In this document: positions 8,672-18,623 of the stretch, piece by piece
Numbering within the stretch: position 1 is the stretch's first letter
Layout: the number at the start of each line of letters is the position of its first letter
Assembly: GCA_035516965.1 (NCBI GenBank)
Contig: DATIZR010000093.1
Span: 43,255 to 107,254, forward strand
DNA length: 64,000 bases
Reading direction: 5' to 3'
DNA from: Nitrospirota bacterium
GTDB taxonomy: Bacteria; Nitrospirota; UBA9217
Program-made: the position numbers and the translations under genes
The notes under the pieces: model-generated
The model's input: the letters and a program-made list of their open reading frames with translations, nothing else
What the model was told of the DNA's origin: nothing
Database searches by the model: none

Positions 8672-9907
8672 ATGAGCGAAAGAATAGTAATAACCGGCAT
8701 TGGTGTTCTCTCGCCTATTGCAATCGGCAAAGAAGCATACTGGGAAGGACTCCACCAGGGCAAAACTGGATTTCGACCAGTGACCCTCTTTGACACAACA
8801 CCCTTTAGTGTCCGCATTGCAGGCGAGATCACTGATTTTGATCCTCTCCCCTTTCTTGGGAAAAAAGGTTTGCGGGACCTGGACAGAAGCACAAGGCTGA
8901 TCAGCTCTGCAGCCAAACTCGCCATTGATGACAGCGGGATCGAGATCACTGAAGCTAATACGAATTCCATGGGGGTATCAATCGGGACGACGTTCGGCAG
9001 TCTCCACAGCATCTCGCAGTTCGACCGTTCCGGCCTCATAGAAGGGCCGCGGTTCGTCAATCCATCTCACTTTCCGAACACCGTCATAAATTCTCCTGCC
9101 AGCCAGGTGTCCATCAGGTTTAAGATTAAAGGGTTCAATACGACCATATCAACGGGCTTCTGCGCAAGCCTCGACGCTGTCTCCTATGCCGCGGACTTCA
9201 TAAAGTTAAACAGGGCCAACATTGTCCTTGCAGGTGGGGTCGAAGAATTGTGCGAGGAGACCTTTATGGGATTCCATACCCTCGGTTACCTCTCAGGAGC
9301 AGACGGCTCGGAACCCCGCTGCTGTCCCTTCGATGCGCGGAGAAACGGAATAATCCTCTCTGAAGGTGCGGCCGTTTTGGTTCTTGAAAATGAGGAGCAT
9401 GCGTTAAACAGAGGAGCTAAACTTCTCGCGAGTGTTCTGGGATATGCCAATGCCTTTGATCCCTCGGCAGACAGCAACTTCAAACACGCAGGTACAGGTC
9501 TGAAGAATGCCGTAAATCTTGCCTTAAACGACGCATCTCTTAAGGCTGATGACATCGACTATATCTGCTCCTGCTCCAACTCGACACAAGGACTCGACCG
9601 GATGGAAACGAAGGTCATCAAAGAAGTCTTCGGGCAACGTGCCTTCAACATACCCGTCAGCTCAATAAAGTCCATGGTGGGGGAATCGTATTCAGCATCC
9701 GGAGCGCTTTCACTTTCTGCGGCAATAGGCGCTCTCCGGAACGGATTCATTCCCCCCACGGTAAACTATCATGAAAAGGATCTTGCGTGCGATCTCGATT
9801 ACGTGCCCGGAATTGCGCGGGAGAAGCAGACGCGGAATGTGCTCGTAACCTCGGCGGACTCATACGGTCAAAACTCAGCAGTTATCATTGGCAGTTATAC
9901 CAGGTGA
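8672..9907 (+). CDS. beta-ketoacyl-ACP synthase-like protein (KAS II fold) lacking both catalytic histidines - KS partner/chain-length-factor-like subunit
   Basis: Thiolase/KS fold with Cys retained (STGFCASLDAV). The HGTGT motif is replaced by CSCSNSTQGLD and the KSxxGH motif by KSMVGESYSASG. Confidence 0.7.
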   Translation: MSERIVITGIGVLSPIAIGKEAYWEGLHQGKTGFRPVTLFDTTPFSVRIAGEITDFDPLPFLGKKGLRDLDRSTRLISSAAKLAIDDSGIEITEANTNSMGVSIGTTFGSLHSISQFDRSGLIEGPRFVNPSHFPNTVINSPASQVSIRFKIKGFNTTISTGFCASLDAVSYAADFIKLNRANIVLAGGVEELCEETFMGFHTLGYLSGADGSEPRCCPFDARRNGIILSEGAAVLVLENEEHALNRGAKLLASVLGYANAFDPSADSNFKHAGTGLKNAVNLALNDASLKADDIDYICSCSNSTQGLDRMETKVIKEVFGQRAFNIPVSSIKSMVGESYSASGALSLSAAIGALRNGFIPPTVNYHEKDLACDLDYVPGIAREKQTRNVLVTSADSYGQNSAVIIGSYTR

Positions 9908-9910
9908 TCG

Positions 9911-10351
9911 ATGCAACTTAACTTCGAAGAGATAAAGAAGCTCATTCCCCAGCGCTTTCCTTTTATCATGGTTGATAAGGTCCTTGAGATAGAGCCGGGG
10001 AAGCACGTAATAGCGGTCAAAAATATTTCTGGCAATGACATGGTTTTCATCGGCCATTTCCCCGAAAAGGCCATCATGCCCGGTGCTCTCATACTCGAGG
10101 CAATGGCGCAGACCGCCATTATCCTCTTTGCATCAAACAGAACAAGCGAAAATGGGGACAGAGGACCATTGTATTACTTCGGGTCGGTCAAAGCGAGATT
10201 TCTCCACCCCGCCGTTCCCGGTGATCAATTAATGATTAAAGTGGTCAATGTCAAGTCTTTACCGACCGGCGCCTACGTGTCCGGTGAAGCCTTTGTTGGT
10301 GATAGAAAAATAACTGAAGCGGATCTTGTATTCAGCACTCACAATGAATAA
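9911..10351 (+). CDS. fabZ: 3-hydroxyacyl-ACP dehydratase FabZ
   Basis: IPQRFPFIMVDKVLEIEPGK...FIGHFPEKAIMPGALILEAMAQ hot-dog fold signature. Confidence 0.85.
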   Translation: MQLNFEEIKKLIPQRFPFIMVDKVLEIEPGKHVIAVKNISGNDMVFIGHFPEKAIMPGALILEAMAQTAIILFASNRTSENGDRGPLYYFGSVKARFLHPAVPGDQLMIKVVNVKSLPTGAYVSGEAFVGDRKITEADLVFSTHNE

Positions 10352-11558
10352 AAGAGTTGTCATAACGGGACTGGGGGTTATTTCCTCACTTGGTATTGGT
10401 TGGGAGAAATTCTGGGACAGTCTCCTGAAAGGAAAATCTGGCATAAGCCCGGTTTCGTCAATTGATACGGCGAACCATTTTACCCATAATGGTGGCGAGG
10501 TTAGAAATTTTAAACCCGAGAATTTTATCCCCAACAATCAAATTCCTTTGCTCAGCAGAGCATCACAATTCGGCCTTGCAGCGGCAAAGCTTGCGTTGAG
10601 GGATTCTCGTCTATCCGGTGAGGACATTTCTCGTTCCAAAGCAGGCACATGCATTGGAATAACGTCAGGATCAATCCAGGCTATAGAACATATAGATGAG
10701 AAATTGATTGTAAAAGAGATCGTAAGTGCTGATCTAATGTATCAGCTTCCTGTCCACACGACGCCGGCAATTGTAGCAAAAGAATTAGGTTTTAACGGCC
10801 CGAATCTTCTTTTTTCTACGGCATGCGCTGCAGGGAATTATGCTATCGGTTATGGGTACGATTTGATTCGTTTTAACAGGGCGGATGTTGTTACCGCAGG
10901 AGGGGCAGATCCTTTTTCAAGGATATCATTTACAGGCTTTAATCAATTTTCAGCTGTTGCACCTGAAAAATGCCAGCCCTTTGATAAGAACAGAAAAGGA
11001 ATGATGGTAGCCGAGGGTGCAGGAATTCTTGTTCTTGAGTCTCTTGAGAGTGCCATTAAAAGAAAGGCGAATATCTATGCTGAAATTTTAGGGTATGGTC
11101 TCAGTTGTGATGCTTATCATATGACGACTTCCTCGATTGAGGGCATAGCAGCATGTATGAATAAGGCGCTATCTAGTACAGGCATCGCGATAGAAGCGGT
11201 GGATTATATCAGTGCACATGGCACGGGGACTCCCACCAATGATAAGAATGAGTGCGCTGCCATTAGGGAGGTCTTCGGGTCACGTTATAGACAAATACCT
11301 ACCAGCTCAATAAAGTCTATGCTCGGCCACACCATGGGCGCTGCCTCTGCGTTAGAAGCTCTCGCCTGCGCTTTGGCTGTAAAAAACGACATTCTTCCAC
11401 CGACGACAAATTTCGAAACTCCTGATCCGGAGTGTGATATTGACTGCGTGCCTAATCAAGCAAAGCGACACAGGGTTAATATAGCTCTGAATAACTCATA
11501 TGCCTTTGGAGGAAATAATGCATCATTGGTATTGAAGAAATATGCTGGCACTGACTAA
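10344..11558 (+). CDS. beta-ketoacyl-ACP synthase II-like (catalytically complete KS)
   Basis: Cys-His-His triad present (STACAAGNYA, SAHGTGTPTNDKNE, KSMLGHTMGAAS). ORF track gives a TTG at 10326. ATG at 10344 overlaps the fabZ stop and is preferred. Confidence 0.8.
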   Translation: MNKRVVITGLGVISSLGIGWEKFWDSLLKGKSGISPVSSIDTANHFTHNGGEVRNFKPENFIPNNQIPLLSRASQFGLAAAKLALRDSRLSGEDISRSKAGTCIGITSGSIQAIEHIDEKLIVKEIVSADLMYQLPVHTTPAIVAKELGFNGPNLLFSTACAAGNYAIGYGYDLIRFNRADVVTAGGADPFSRISFTGFNQFSAVAPEKCQPFDKNRKGMMVAEGAGILVLESLESAIKRKANIYAEILGYGLSCDAYHMTTSSIEGIAACMNKALSSTGIAIEAVDYISAHGTGTPTNDKNECAAIREVFGSRYRQIPTSSIKSMLGHTMGAASALEALACALAVKNDILPPTTNFETPDPECDIDCVPNQAKRHRVNIALNNSYAFGGNNASLVLKKYAGTD

Positions 11559-11757
11559 GCATGGCAGAGTAAACAGATGATGTCGCTTTTTGCAGCGAAG
11601 CATATCACTTAGACAAGATACAAACATTAAACATCTTAAGGGAGGACTCCGCCACTGCGTCGAGGATCAACCAGGCAAGATCCTTAGCCGGCAACCACTC
11701 CTGCAGAGTGGGCGGCAGCAGGGATTTGTGCGCAACAGGCTCAAGGAGGAAGGGAAA

Positions 11758-12021
11758 TTGAATACTAATGTTGAGAAGGAAATCATATCGATCATCTCAG
11801 ATGTGTCAGGATATGATGCAGAAGAAATTGCGCCTGAGAGTAATTTTTTTAAGGATCTAGAGGTAGATTCTATTAAAGCTATCGAGATCACCGTTGCCAT
11901 TGAAAAAAAATTTAAAATATCCGTGAGAGACGAGGACGTTCCAAAGTTAACAACTGTAAGGCAGGCAGTAGAACTGGTAGAAAATTTATTAGCACGCAGG
12001 GTGAATAATGTCAAAGTTTGA
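11758..12021 (+). CDS. acyl carrier protein
   Basis: DLEVDSIKAIE phosphopantetheine-attachment motif. About 87 aa from TTG at 11758, preceded by AAGGAGGA RBS. The longer ORF from 11590 is judged an upstream extension. Confidence 0.75.
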   Translation: MNTNVEKEIISIISDVSGYDAEEIAPESNFFKDLEVDSIKAIEITVAIEKKFKISVRDEDVPKLTTVRQAVELVENLLARRVNNVKV

Positions 12022-13426
12022 AAATGATACATACGATGTTGTCATAATAGGTGCGGGCATAGGCGGCCTTGTGTGTGGATGCTATCTTGCAAAAGCAGGC
12101 ATGAAGGTTTTGATTGTAGAGCAACACAATAAACCCGGTGGTTACTGCACTTCGTTCAAAAGGCGAGGTTATACTTTTGACGCAGCAGCCCATTCATTTG
12201 GAAGTTACCGAAAAGACGGTAACATGAGGCTTGTTCTAAAGGCTCTGAATTTAGATGAACGAATATGTATAAGGAGAACCACTCCTTCTGATATAGTTAT
12301 AACACCAGAACACAAAATTACTTTTTGGGCAGACATAGACAAAACCATTCGAGAGCTTCAGGATTCTTTTCCTAAAGAGGCCAATAATATCAAAAATTTT
12401 ATTCAGTATCTTACAACTTCCAGGCCAATTGATTTTGCTGCGCTACGAAAACAAAGCTATAAAGACTTTTTAGATCGCTATTTTTATGATTATCGCATCA
12501 AAACAATACTCTCCCTTCCTATACTTGGCAACGGAGGTCTGCCACCCTCATTGATTTCCGCCTTCACAGGTGCAAAGATATTCACTGAATTTATCCTTGA
12601 TGGCGGTTATTACCCTGAGGGAGGTATGCAAGCATTACCGGATATAATTGTTGATAGATTTAAAGAACTTGGCGGACATATAAAATTATCCTGTTTAGTT
12701 AAAAAAATTAGTGTAATTAATAATAGAGTTGAAGGTGCCGTTTTAGAAAAAATCGGCCTGGTACGGACGCGATATTTAGTCTCAAACTGTGATGCGAGGC
12801 AAACTTATTATGATCTATTAGGTAAACACCATGTCAAAAAGGAAATTTTCGACACCATCGATAGCCTGACTCCATCCCTCTCCACTTTTATTTTATACGT
12901 AGCTGTAGATAAACCTTTTAAATCGTTGCCTAAACCCGGAACGAATGTGTGGTTTCTGCCGTATTATGATTTAGAAAAAGCTTACTCATATGCCAAAAAA
13001 GGCAACATAGATAAAGTAGAGGGATTTATGGTACGGTTTTCACCTGATAAGAAAACCATTTTAGCATTTGTAAATGCACCCTTCAAAAATAAGGTGTACT
13101 GGGACAAGAATAAAAGTAAACTGCAAGAATCATTTATTCAAAGAATAGAAAAATATGTAATTCCAGATTTATCAAAGCATATTGTATATAAGGAAACAGC
13201 GACTCCACACACATTATATCGATACACTTTAAACTATCAAGGAGCTGCCTATGGTTGGGCGAGTACGCCTTCACAATTATTTACCCCCGAATTAAGACAA
13301 TCTACTTCAATAAGAGGTTTATACTTGACAGGACACTGGACTACCCAAACGCAGGGAATCCCCGGAGTTGCTTATTTGGGATTGGATACGGCAAAATTTA
13401 TACTTAGAAAAGAAATACTAAAGTAG
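12008..13426 (+). CDS. FAD/NAD(P)-dependent oxidoreductase, phytoene-desaturase (CrtI-like) family
   Basis: N-terminal dinucleotide-binding motif DVVIIGAGIGGLVCGCYLAKAGMKVLIVEQ...PGGYC. 472 aa, typical of CrtI/CrtD-like desaturases. Very AT-rich coding sequence. Confidence 0.75.
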   Translation: MSKFENDTYDVVIIGAGIGGLVCGCYLAKAGMKVLIVEQHNKPGGYCTSFKRRGYTFDAAAHSFGSYRKDGNMRLVLKALNLDERICIRRTTPSDIVITPEHKITFWADIDKTIRELQDSFPKEANNIKNFIQYLTTSRPIDFAALRKQSYKDFLDRYFYDYRIKTILSLPILGNGGLPPSLISAFTGAKIFTEFILDGGYYPEGGMQALPDIIVDRFKELGGHIKLSCLVKKISVINNRVEGAVLEKIGLVRTRYLVSNCDARQTYYDLLGKHHVKKEIFDTIDSLTPSLSTFILYVAVDKPFKSLPKPGTNVWFLPYYDLEKAYSYAKKGNIDKVEGFMVRFSPDKKTILAFVNAPFKNKVYWDKNKSKLQESFIQRIEKYVIPDLSKHIVYKETATPHTLYRYTLNYQGAAYGWASTPSQLFTPELRQSTSIRGLYLTGHWTTQTQGIPGVAYLGLDTAKFILRKEILK

Positions 13427-13448
13427 GTAAGTTTGGTAAAATTGCGCT

Positions 13449-15608
13449 ATGGAAATTGAAAAAAAGCCGTATATAACAGAACAAACTGAGAAGATAACTC
13501 AATCATGGGTTGGCATAAGCTCTATTCTTGGGACTGTTCTCTTCATGTCATTAGGGATTTTAGATTATTTTGTTACACCTGAAAACTTCAAAAGATTTTT
13601 GAGTTATAGGATTGCGGTCTCTTTATTTTTAATACTCCTCTTTTTTCTAAATAAGCTTAAACGGAAATTATATTACCAATATTTTATTGTTATCCTGGGA
13701 ATTATTTCTTCAGCAATTGCAATTGAAATAATGATACTCCACTTCGGGGGGCACACATCCACTTATTATGCTGGGATGACTTTGCTCATTGTATGTGTTT
13801 TGGGTGTTCTCCCAATTAATTTACCGGTGTCTTTTTTTGTAGCAATTACTTTGTATTTAATTTATCTATTCCCCATACTGATACTCGACAAGATAGTCTA
13901 TTGGGGTACTTTCATCACTAACAATGTTTTTACTCTTTCAATAATTTTTGTCGCTTTCACTTGGAGAATTTTGAGTCAAAAAAGCTTGAATAGAGAACTA
14001 GCTCTTAAATATGACCTTGCTCAGCAGAAAAAACAGCTTGAAATATATTCCCTCCAGCTAAAAGGCATGGTCGAGGAGAGGACGAAAGAGCTGCGGACTT
14101 CTGAGCAGTGGCACCGATCGCTTGTCGACAATGCGACGGACGGCATCATCGTTCAGGATGGAAGCGGCATTATCCTGAATGTGAACGACAGGGCCTGCGA
14201 GATGCACGGATTTCCCAAGGAGGTGTTGGTCGGGACCCATATCAGGCTGCTCGAGGACGGCTCCAGACAGGATGAGATAGCCGAGAGGATGCGTCGTCTG
14301 TTCGCCGGCGAATCGCTCGTCTTTGAGACCGTGCACCACAAGAAGGACGGAACACCCCTCTATCTCGAGATCAGCTCGAAGGCGATCACGATCGGCGAAG
14401 AGATGTTCATTCAGTCATTTTACCGTGATATCACGGAGAAGAAAAGGCTGCAGGAGCACCTCTTCCAGTCCCAGAAGATGGATTCCATCGGGGTCCTTGC
14501 CGGCGGCATCGCCCATGACTTCAACAACATCCTGACAGCCATCATCGGCCATCTGGAGATCATCCGGCGCACCGCACTCGATGAAAAGGCGCTCCGGAGC
14601 CTGAATGTCATCGAGGATGCGGCGCGCAGGGCGGGGAGGATGATCTCCAAGCTGCTCGGGTTCGCCCGGAAGAGCAATTTTGAGATCGTGCCGCTGAACA
14701 TGAATGACGTCATCTTCGACACGGTAAAACTGCTCGAACGGGTGATCGACAAGAAGATCAATGTGACCGTGGAGCTGGATAACCAGCTGCCGCTCGTCCA
14801 GGGCGACGTCAACCAGATCGAGCAGATCATCATGAACCTCGTCGTCAACGCCAGGGACGCCATGCCCGGCGGCGGACGCATTGTCATCAAGACGACGAGC
14901 CGTGAAATCGTCAGGGGCATGCCGGACGTGCCGGCCTACATTCTGCCCGGGCACTATGTCATCATGACCGTAACTGATACGGGCACGGGCATTCCGAAAG
15001 ACATCGTGAGCAAGATCTTCGAGCCCTTTTTCACGACCAAGGAGCGCGGAAAGGGCACCGGACTCGGCCTCTCGATGGTCTACGGCGTCATCAAGGAGCA
15101 CCGGGGGTACATCATGGTGCAGAGCGAGGAGAACAGAGGAACGGTCTTCACGATCTATCTTCCGGCCTCCCAGGCGGCCGTCGTAAAGAAAGAGATAAAG
15201 CAGCTGGCTTCGGTCAGCGGGAGCGAGACCGTACTGGTCGTCGATGATGAGCCGGACATCCTGCACGCGATCCAGGATACGCTGTCCAGTCATGGGTACA
15301 AAGTGTTTGCGGTAAGCGATCCGGTCTCGGCCATCAACATCTTCAAGAAGCTGTCCTCGGAGATCGACCTCGTCATTACGGACATCGTAATGCCGCGGTT
15401 GAACGGCAAGGAGCTGGTCGGCCAGATCAAGGCAATGAATGCGGATGTCAAAGTGCTCGCCATCTCGGGGTACACGAAATATGTGGCGCCCAAGGACGAG
15501 ATCGGAGAGATCAACGGATTTCTGCAGAAGCCCTTCGAGTCGTACTACCTCCTGACGGTCGTGCGGCGCATACTCGATGCCCATCCTCACGAGCTCATAC
15601 CCAACTAA
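13449..15608 (+). CDS. hybrid sensor histidine kinase: N-terminal multi-pass (about 7 TM) membrane domain, PAS, HisKA, HATPase_c, C-terminal REC
   Basis: About 7 hydrophobic helices in the first 180 aa. PAS ([13 protein letters not shown]), H-box ([13 protein letters not shown]), N/G boxes ([24 protein letters not shown]), REC ([11 protein letters not shown]...ITDIVMP). Confidence 0.85.
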   Translation: MEIEKKPYITEQTEKITQSWVGISSILGTVLFMSLGILDYFVTPENFKRFLSYRIAVSLFLILLFFLNKLKRKLYYQYFIVILGIISSAIAIEIMILHFGGHTSTYYAGMTLLIVCVLGVLPINLPVSFFVAITLYLIYLFPILILDKIVYWGTFITNNVFTLSIIFVAFTWRILSQKSLNRELALKYDLAQQKKQLEIYSLQLKGMVEERTKELRTSEQWHRSLVDNATDGIIVQDGSGIILNVNDRACEMHGFPKEVLVGTHIRLLEDGSRQDEIAERMRRLFAGESLVFETVHHKKDGTPLYLEISSKAITIGEEMFIQSFYRDITEKKRLQEHLFQSQKMDSIGVLAGGIAHDFNNILTAIIGHLEIIRRTALDEKALRSLNVIEDAARRAGRMISKLLGFARKSNFEIVPLNMNDVIFDTVKLLERVIDKKINVTVELDNQLPLVQGDVNQIEQIIMNLVVNARDAMPGGGRIVIKTTSREIVRGMPDVPAYILPGHYVIMTVTDTGTGIPKDIVSKIFEPFFTTKERGKGTGLGLSMVYGVIKEHRGYIMVQSEENRGTVFTIYLPASQAAVVKKEIKQLASVSGSETVLVVDDEPDILHAIQDTLSSHGYKVFAVSDPVSAINIFKKLSSEIDLVITDIVMPRLNGKELVGQIKAMNADVKVLAISGYTKYVAPKDEIGEINGFLQKPFESYYLLTVVRRILDAHPHELIPN

Positions 15609-15619
15609 TCCCCCCGGCG

Positions 15620-15883
15620 TCACACCTTGCCGCTCACTTTATACAGAAACGCCAGAATTTCCGCGACGGCCTTATACAGCTCTACCGGGATCTCTTCATA
15701 GAGGTCGAGGGTAGAGAGGATCTCTATCAGATGACGGTCGTCGTGCACCGGGACGCCGTGCTTTCGGGCGAGCGCAATGATCTTTTCCGCCACCATCCCC
15801 TTTCCCGTGGCAACGACCGCCGGAGCATGGTCCTTCCCTTGCCGGTACTTGAGCGCCACCGCTTTTTGCTGGCTATCCTTCAC
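15620..15883 (-). CDS. FlhB C-terminal domain-like small protein (EscU/YscU/FlhB family fragment)
   Basis: 87 aa. VVATGKGMVAEKIIALARKHGVPVHDDRHLIEIL resembles the FlhB C-terminal cleaved domain, a common stand-alone FlhB-C-like protein. Confidence 0.65.
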   Translation of the reverse strand: MKDSQQKAVALKYRQGKDHAPAVVATGKGMVAEKIIALARKHGVPVHDDRHLIEILSTLDLYEEIPVELYKAVAEILAFLYKVSGKV

Positions 15884-16089
15884 TACGCCCCTCTTCGTTT
15901 AATCATCTAGCCGGCTGCGAACATGAGCTCGGCCTTCCCGGCAGTTTAATCGATAATCCAGCGCCCGGATCATGTTCCATCCGGGAAACCCCTATCCGCC
16001 GATGATGCGGACCGAAACTGCTTTCACCTGTGATGGCAAAGCCCCTGTGCGCCCTTTTCCAGCATTCCTGGTTCCTGCCGGGACTGAAC

Positions 16090-17178
16090 TCATGCCCGGA
16101 TACTCAGCCCGGCCGGACCATGGGCGGCAAAATCGATCCGAGCCTCGTGCTGTATGGTCAAACCGCCCAGTCTCAAACCGGCCGATTCGAGCTGCTTCTC
16201 GAGCAAAGAGGAGCTTTCCTGCAGCAGCCCCGAGAAGGTCCTGTTCTCGGCTGCGCAGGAGACATGGACGCTCCCGGCCTGAAGCAGAAGGCGGACCTGT
16301 ACCTTTCCCGCACGCTCCAGGTCCAGGTTGATGCAGCAGGAGAAGGTCCGCTCGCCCGGACTCCCACGGTCGGACTGACGGAGGATCAGCTCCCCGTCCC
16401 GGAGCTCTTTCCACACAAGCGGCAGGAAGAGCTGCAGGGAGTCGGTCAGCTTCGACTGCAGCTGGTAGTACTCTATGTTCCGGAGGATGCCGTTGACCGC
16501 TTCGAGAAGACCCTTCCGGTCGAGAGCATTGCTGGAGGGAAATTCATCGAACCCTGGCTGGAGAAGCGTTTCCTTGAAGCGAAGCAGGGCGGCCTTCAGG
16601 TCGCCGGTGATGACGTGCTTGGCCTCGATGTTTGCAGCATCAGCGTCTGCCTCCATTCCCATCGCAAGGATACGGAGCTTCGTTTCAAAGAAAACCCCGC
16701 CATCCTGGACCGCTTCTTTCAAGGCTGACGCGGTCAGTTTGTTCAGGGGAATGAGAAAACGGTCGATCATGTCGACCTCGGGCATGTTCATCCTGAGGTC
16801 TTCGGGAATCCGGGAAAGAAGCCCGGAAAGACGCAGCATCCATTCAGCGGCGGGCTGGAGATCTTGAAGGTTTTCCAGGGCGGGCAGAATCGCATTCTTG
16901 ACGTTGTCAGCGGTTTCGACCGTGTTTCCCGCCAGCCTCAGGTAAATGACGCTTTCCTGCCGCTCCACCCGAAGGGACAAGAGATCCCCCATCTGGAGCT
17001 GCACTTCGGACTGCGCGGTAAGGACACTGTCATTCACCTTGATCGAAACGCTATTGTCCGGCCCGATGCCCACCACCTCGGCCTTCACCTCTGTCCCGGG
17101 CTTGAGCGCGAAGGCATCGTTGCCGCTTACAGAAAGCGCCAGGTTTTTCCCAACTGGCGGTACAGGACTGCTCTGCAT
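16090..17178 (-). CDS. flagellar hook-length control protein FliK-like
   Basis: C-terminal Flg_hook-like region (ELRDGELILRQSD...GKVQVRLLLQAGSVHVSCAAE...LEKQLESAGLRL). Adjacent to FlhB-C-like gene. Confidence 0.55.
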   Translation of the reverse strand: MQSSPVPPVGKNLALSVSGNDAFALKPGTEVKAEVVGIGPDNSVSIKVNDSVLTAQSEVQLQMGDLLSLRVERQESVIYLRLAGNTVETADNVKNAILPALENLQDLQPAAEWMLRLSGLLSRIPEDLRMNMPEVDMIDRFLIPLNKLTASALKEAVQDGGVFFETKLRILAMGMEADADAANIEAKHVITGDLKAALLRFKETLLQPGFDEFPSSNALDRKGLLEAVNGILRNIEYYQLQSKLTDSLQLFLPLVWKELRDGELILRQSDRGSPGERTFSCCINLDLERAGKVQVRLLLQAGSVHVSCAAENRTFSGLLQESSSLLEKQLESAGLRLGGLTIQHEARIDFAAHGPAGLSIRA

Positions 17179-17847
17179 GCCGTCTCCCTGTCAAGAGCAT
17201 TTAACATATGCATTTCATTATAGCAGATATAGCAAAATGACCCTCCCGGCAGAAGCCCGGAGGCTCACAAATCAATTTGTTAATCGCTGTTGCTCTTGAT
17301 CTTTTTAATTGGTCCTCTTCATAGACAAAAGTCCCCATTTCATTTAAGTCTGTACACGGTACACCGTAGTCTCGGGAACGGGTGCCCTCTTTGCTTGAGT
17401 ACGTCCTACGCCTAATGGAAATTTCTCCCCTTTGGCCAGCGTCAGGATTCTAATCTTTTATGTCGAGAACGTATCCCAGACCGTCAATACTTTTTTACTG
17501 CTACTGTTCAATGTGGTGAACAAATTTATATTCCCTTCAAACGTCGTATTTTTGACGATTCTCAACATCCCTGCGTTGTATTTTCATCTATTAACTTATA
17601 TTGTAATTCAATCAGTTATACCATGCGTTGAAGTCTTTTCCCTCCCTTCCCTCATGGTATTAACATTGCATAATAACGCATTACGAAGCATCTTTTTCTA
17701 TTCATAGTGTTTGATTGTTGCTTTATAAGGAAGTCGCTCCTTGCACTTATGAATAGTAACGGGATCAAGGGATGCCGTCTTACTATCATAATGAATGGCC
17801 CTGTTATCGGGCAGAATTCTACCCCATGGAAGCGGAAGAGGTCTCTG

Positions 17848-18447
17848 ATGAAAAGAGAGAATGTAGTCTGGTATGAGGCTACCGTTGTTCGAGAGCGCAG
17901 GGAAAAACTGAACGGTCATAAGAGCACTGTCGTCTGGTTCACTGGCCTGCCAAGTTCTGGAAAATCCACGATCGCTCATTGCGTCGAGGAAAAATTGTTC
18001 CAGATGGGCTGCCGGACCCTTGTTCTCGACGGAGACAATGTGCGGCACGGACTCTGCTCTGACCTCGGATTTTCCGCGGAAGACAGGGCCGAGAACATCC
18101 GCCGTATCGGCGAGGTGGCTAAGCTTTTTGTCGAGGCAGGAATAATCGTGCTGACGGCGTTCATCTCTCCCTTTCAGGCGAACCGCGACCAAGTACGGCA
18201 GCTGGTCGGAGACGTCAACTTCATCGAGATCTTCTGCGACTGCCCGATCGAGGTCTGTGAGGAGCGCGATCCCAAGGGGCATTACCAAAAGGCGCGTGAT
18301 GGCGTCATTCAACACTTCACCGGGATATCCGCGCCCTATGAAGCACCGGTCAACTGTCACCTCGCGCTGAAGACCGAACAGTATTCACCGGAAAAATGCT
18401 CAGCGCAGGTGATCGAGCTGCTCATGGAACGGGGTATTCTAAGTTAA
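17848..18447 (+). CDS. cysC: adenylylsulfate (APS) kinase
   Basis: P-loop WFTGLPSSGKSTIA, LDGDNVRHGL, FISPF motifs. ATG at 17848 with GGAAGAGG RBS (ORF track extends upstream to 17707). Confidence 0.85.
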   Translation: MKRENVVWYEATVVRERREKLNGHKSTVVWFTGLPSSGKSTIAHCVEEKLFQMGCRTLVLDGDNVRHGLCSDLGFSAEDRAENIRRIGEVAKLFVEAGIIVLTAFISPFQANRDQVRQLVGDVNFIEIFCDCPIEVCEERDPKGHYQKARDGVIQHFTGISAPYEAPVNCHLALKTEQYSPEKCSAQVIELLMERGILS

Positions 18448-18623
18448 GGACTGTCGATTATCGCCCAGCAAGGCACCGCTTATGACGACGCTTCATTGCA
18501 GATTGATCCGCAATACTTCAGCTGCGTTCATAAAAAAACCTAAAGTTTTCAGCCCGAATGCCGATACGCTAAATAGGAGCAGAAGTGAGAAACTAATACG
18601 CATGACAAAACCCGGGCGTTAAA

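Noticed and set aside
11590-11757. N-terminal extension of the ACP ORF (143 aa in ORF track)
   Set aside because: The extension is Arg/Gln-rich and unlike ACPs. A strong RBS plus TTG at 11758 gives a canonical about 87-aa ACP.
14415-15623. 402-aa minus-strand ORF inside the hybrid kinase gene
   Set aside because: Antisense to a well-supported HisKA/HATPase/REC coding region. High-GC artefact.
16030-16728. 232-aa plus-strand ORF
   Set aside because: Antisense to the FliK-like gene. No recognisable motifs.
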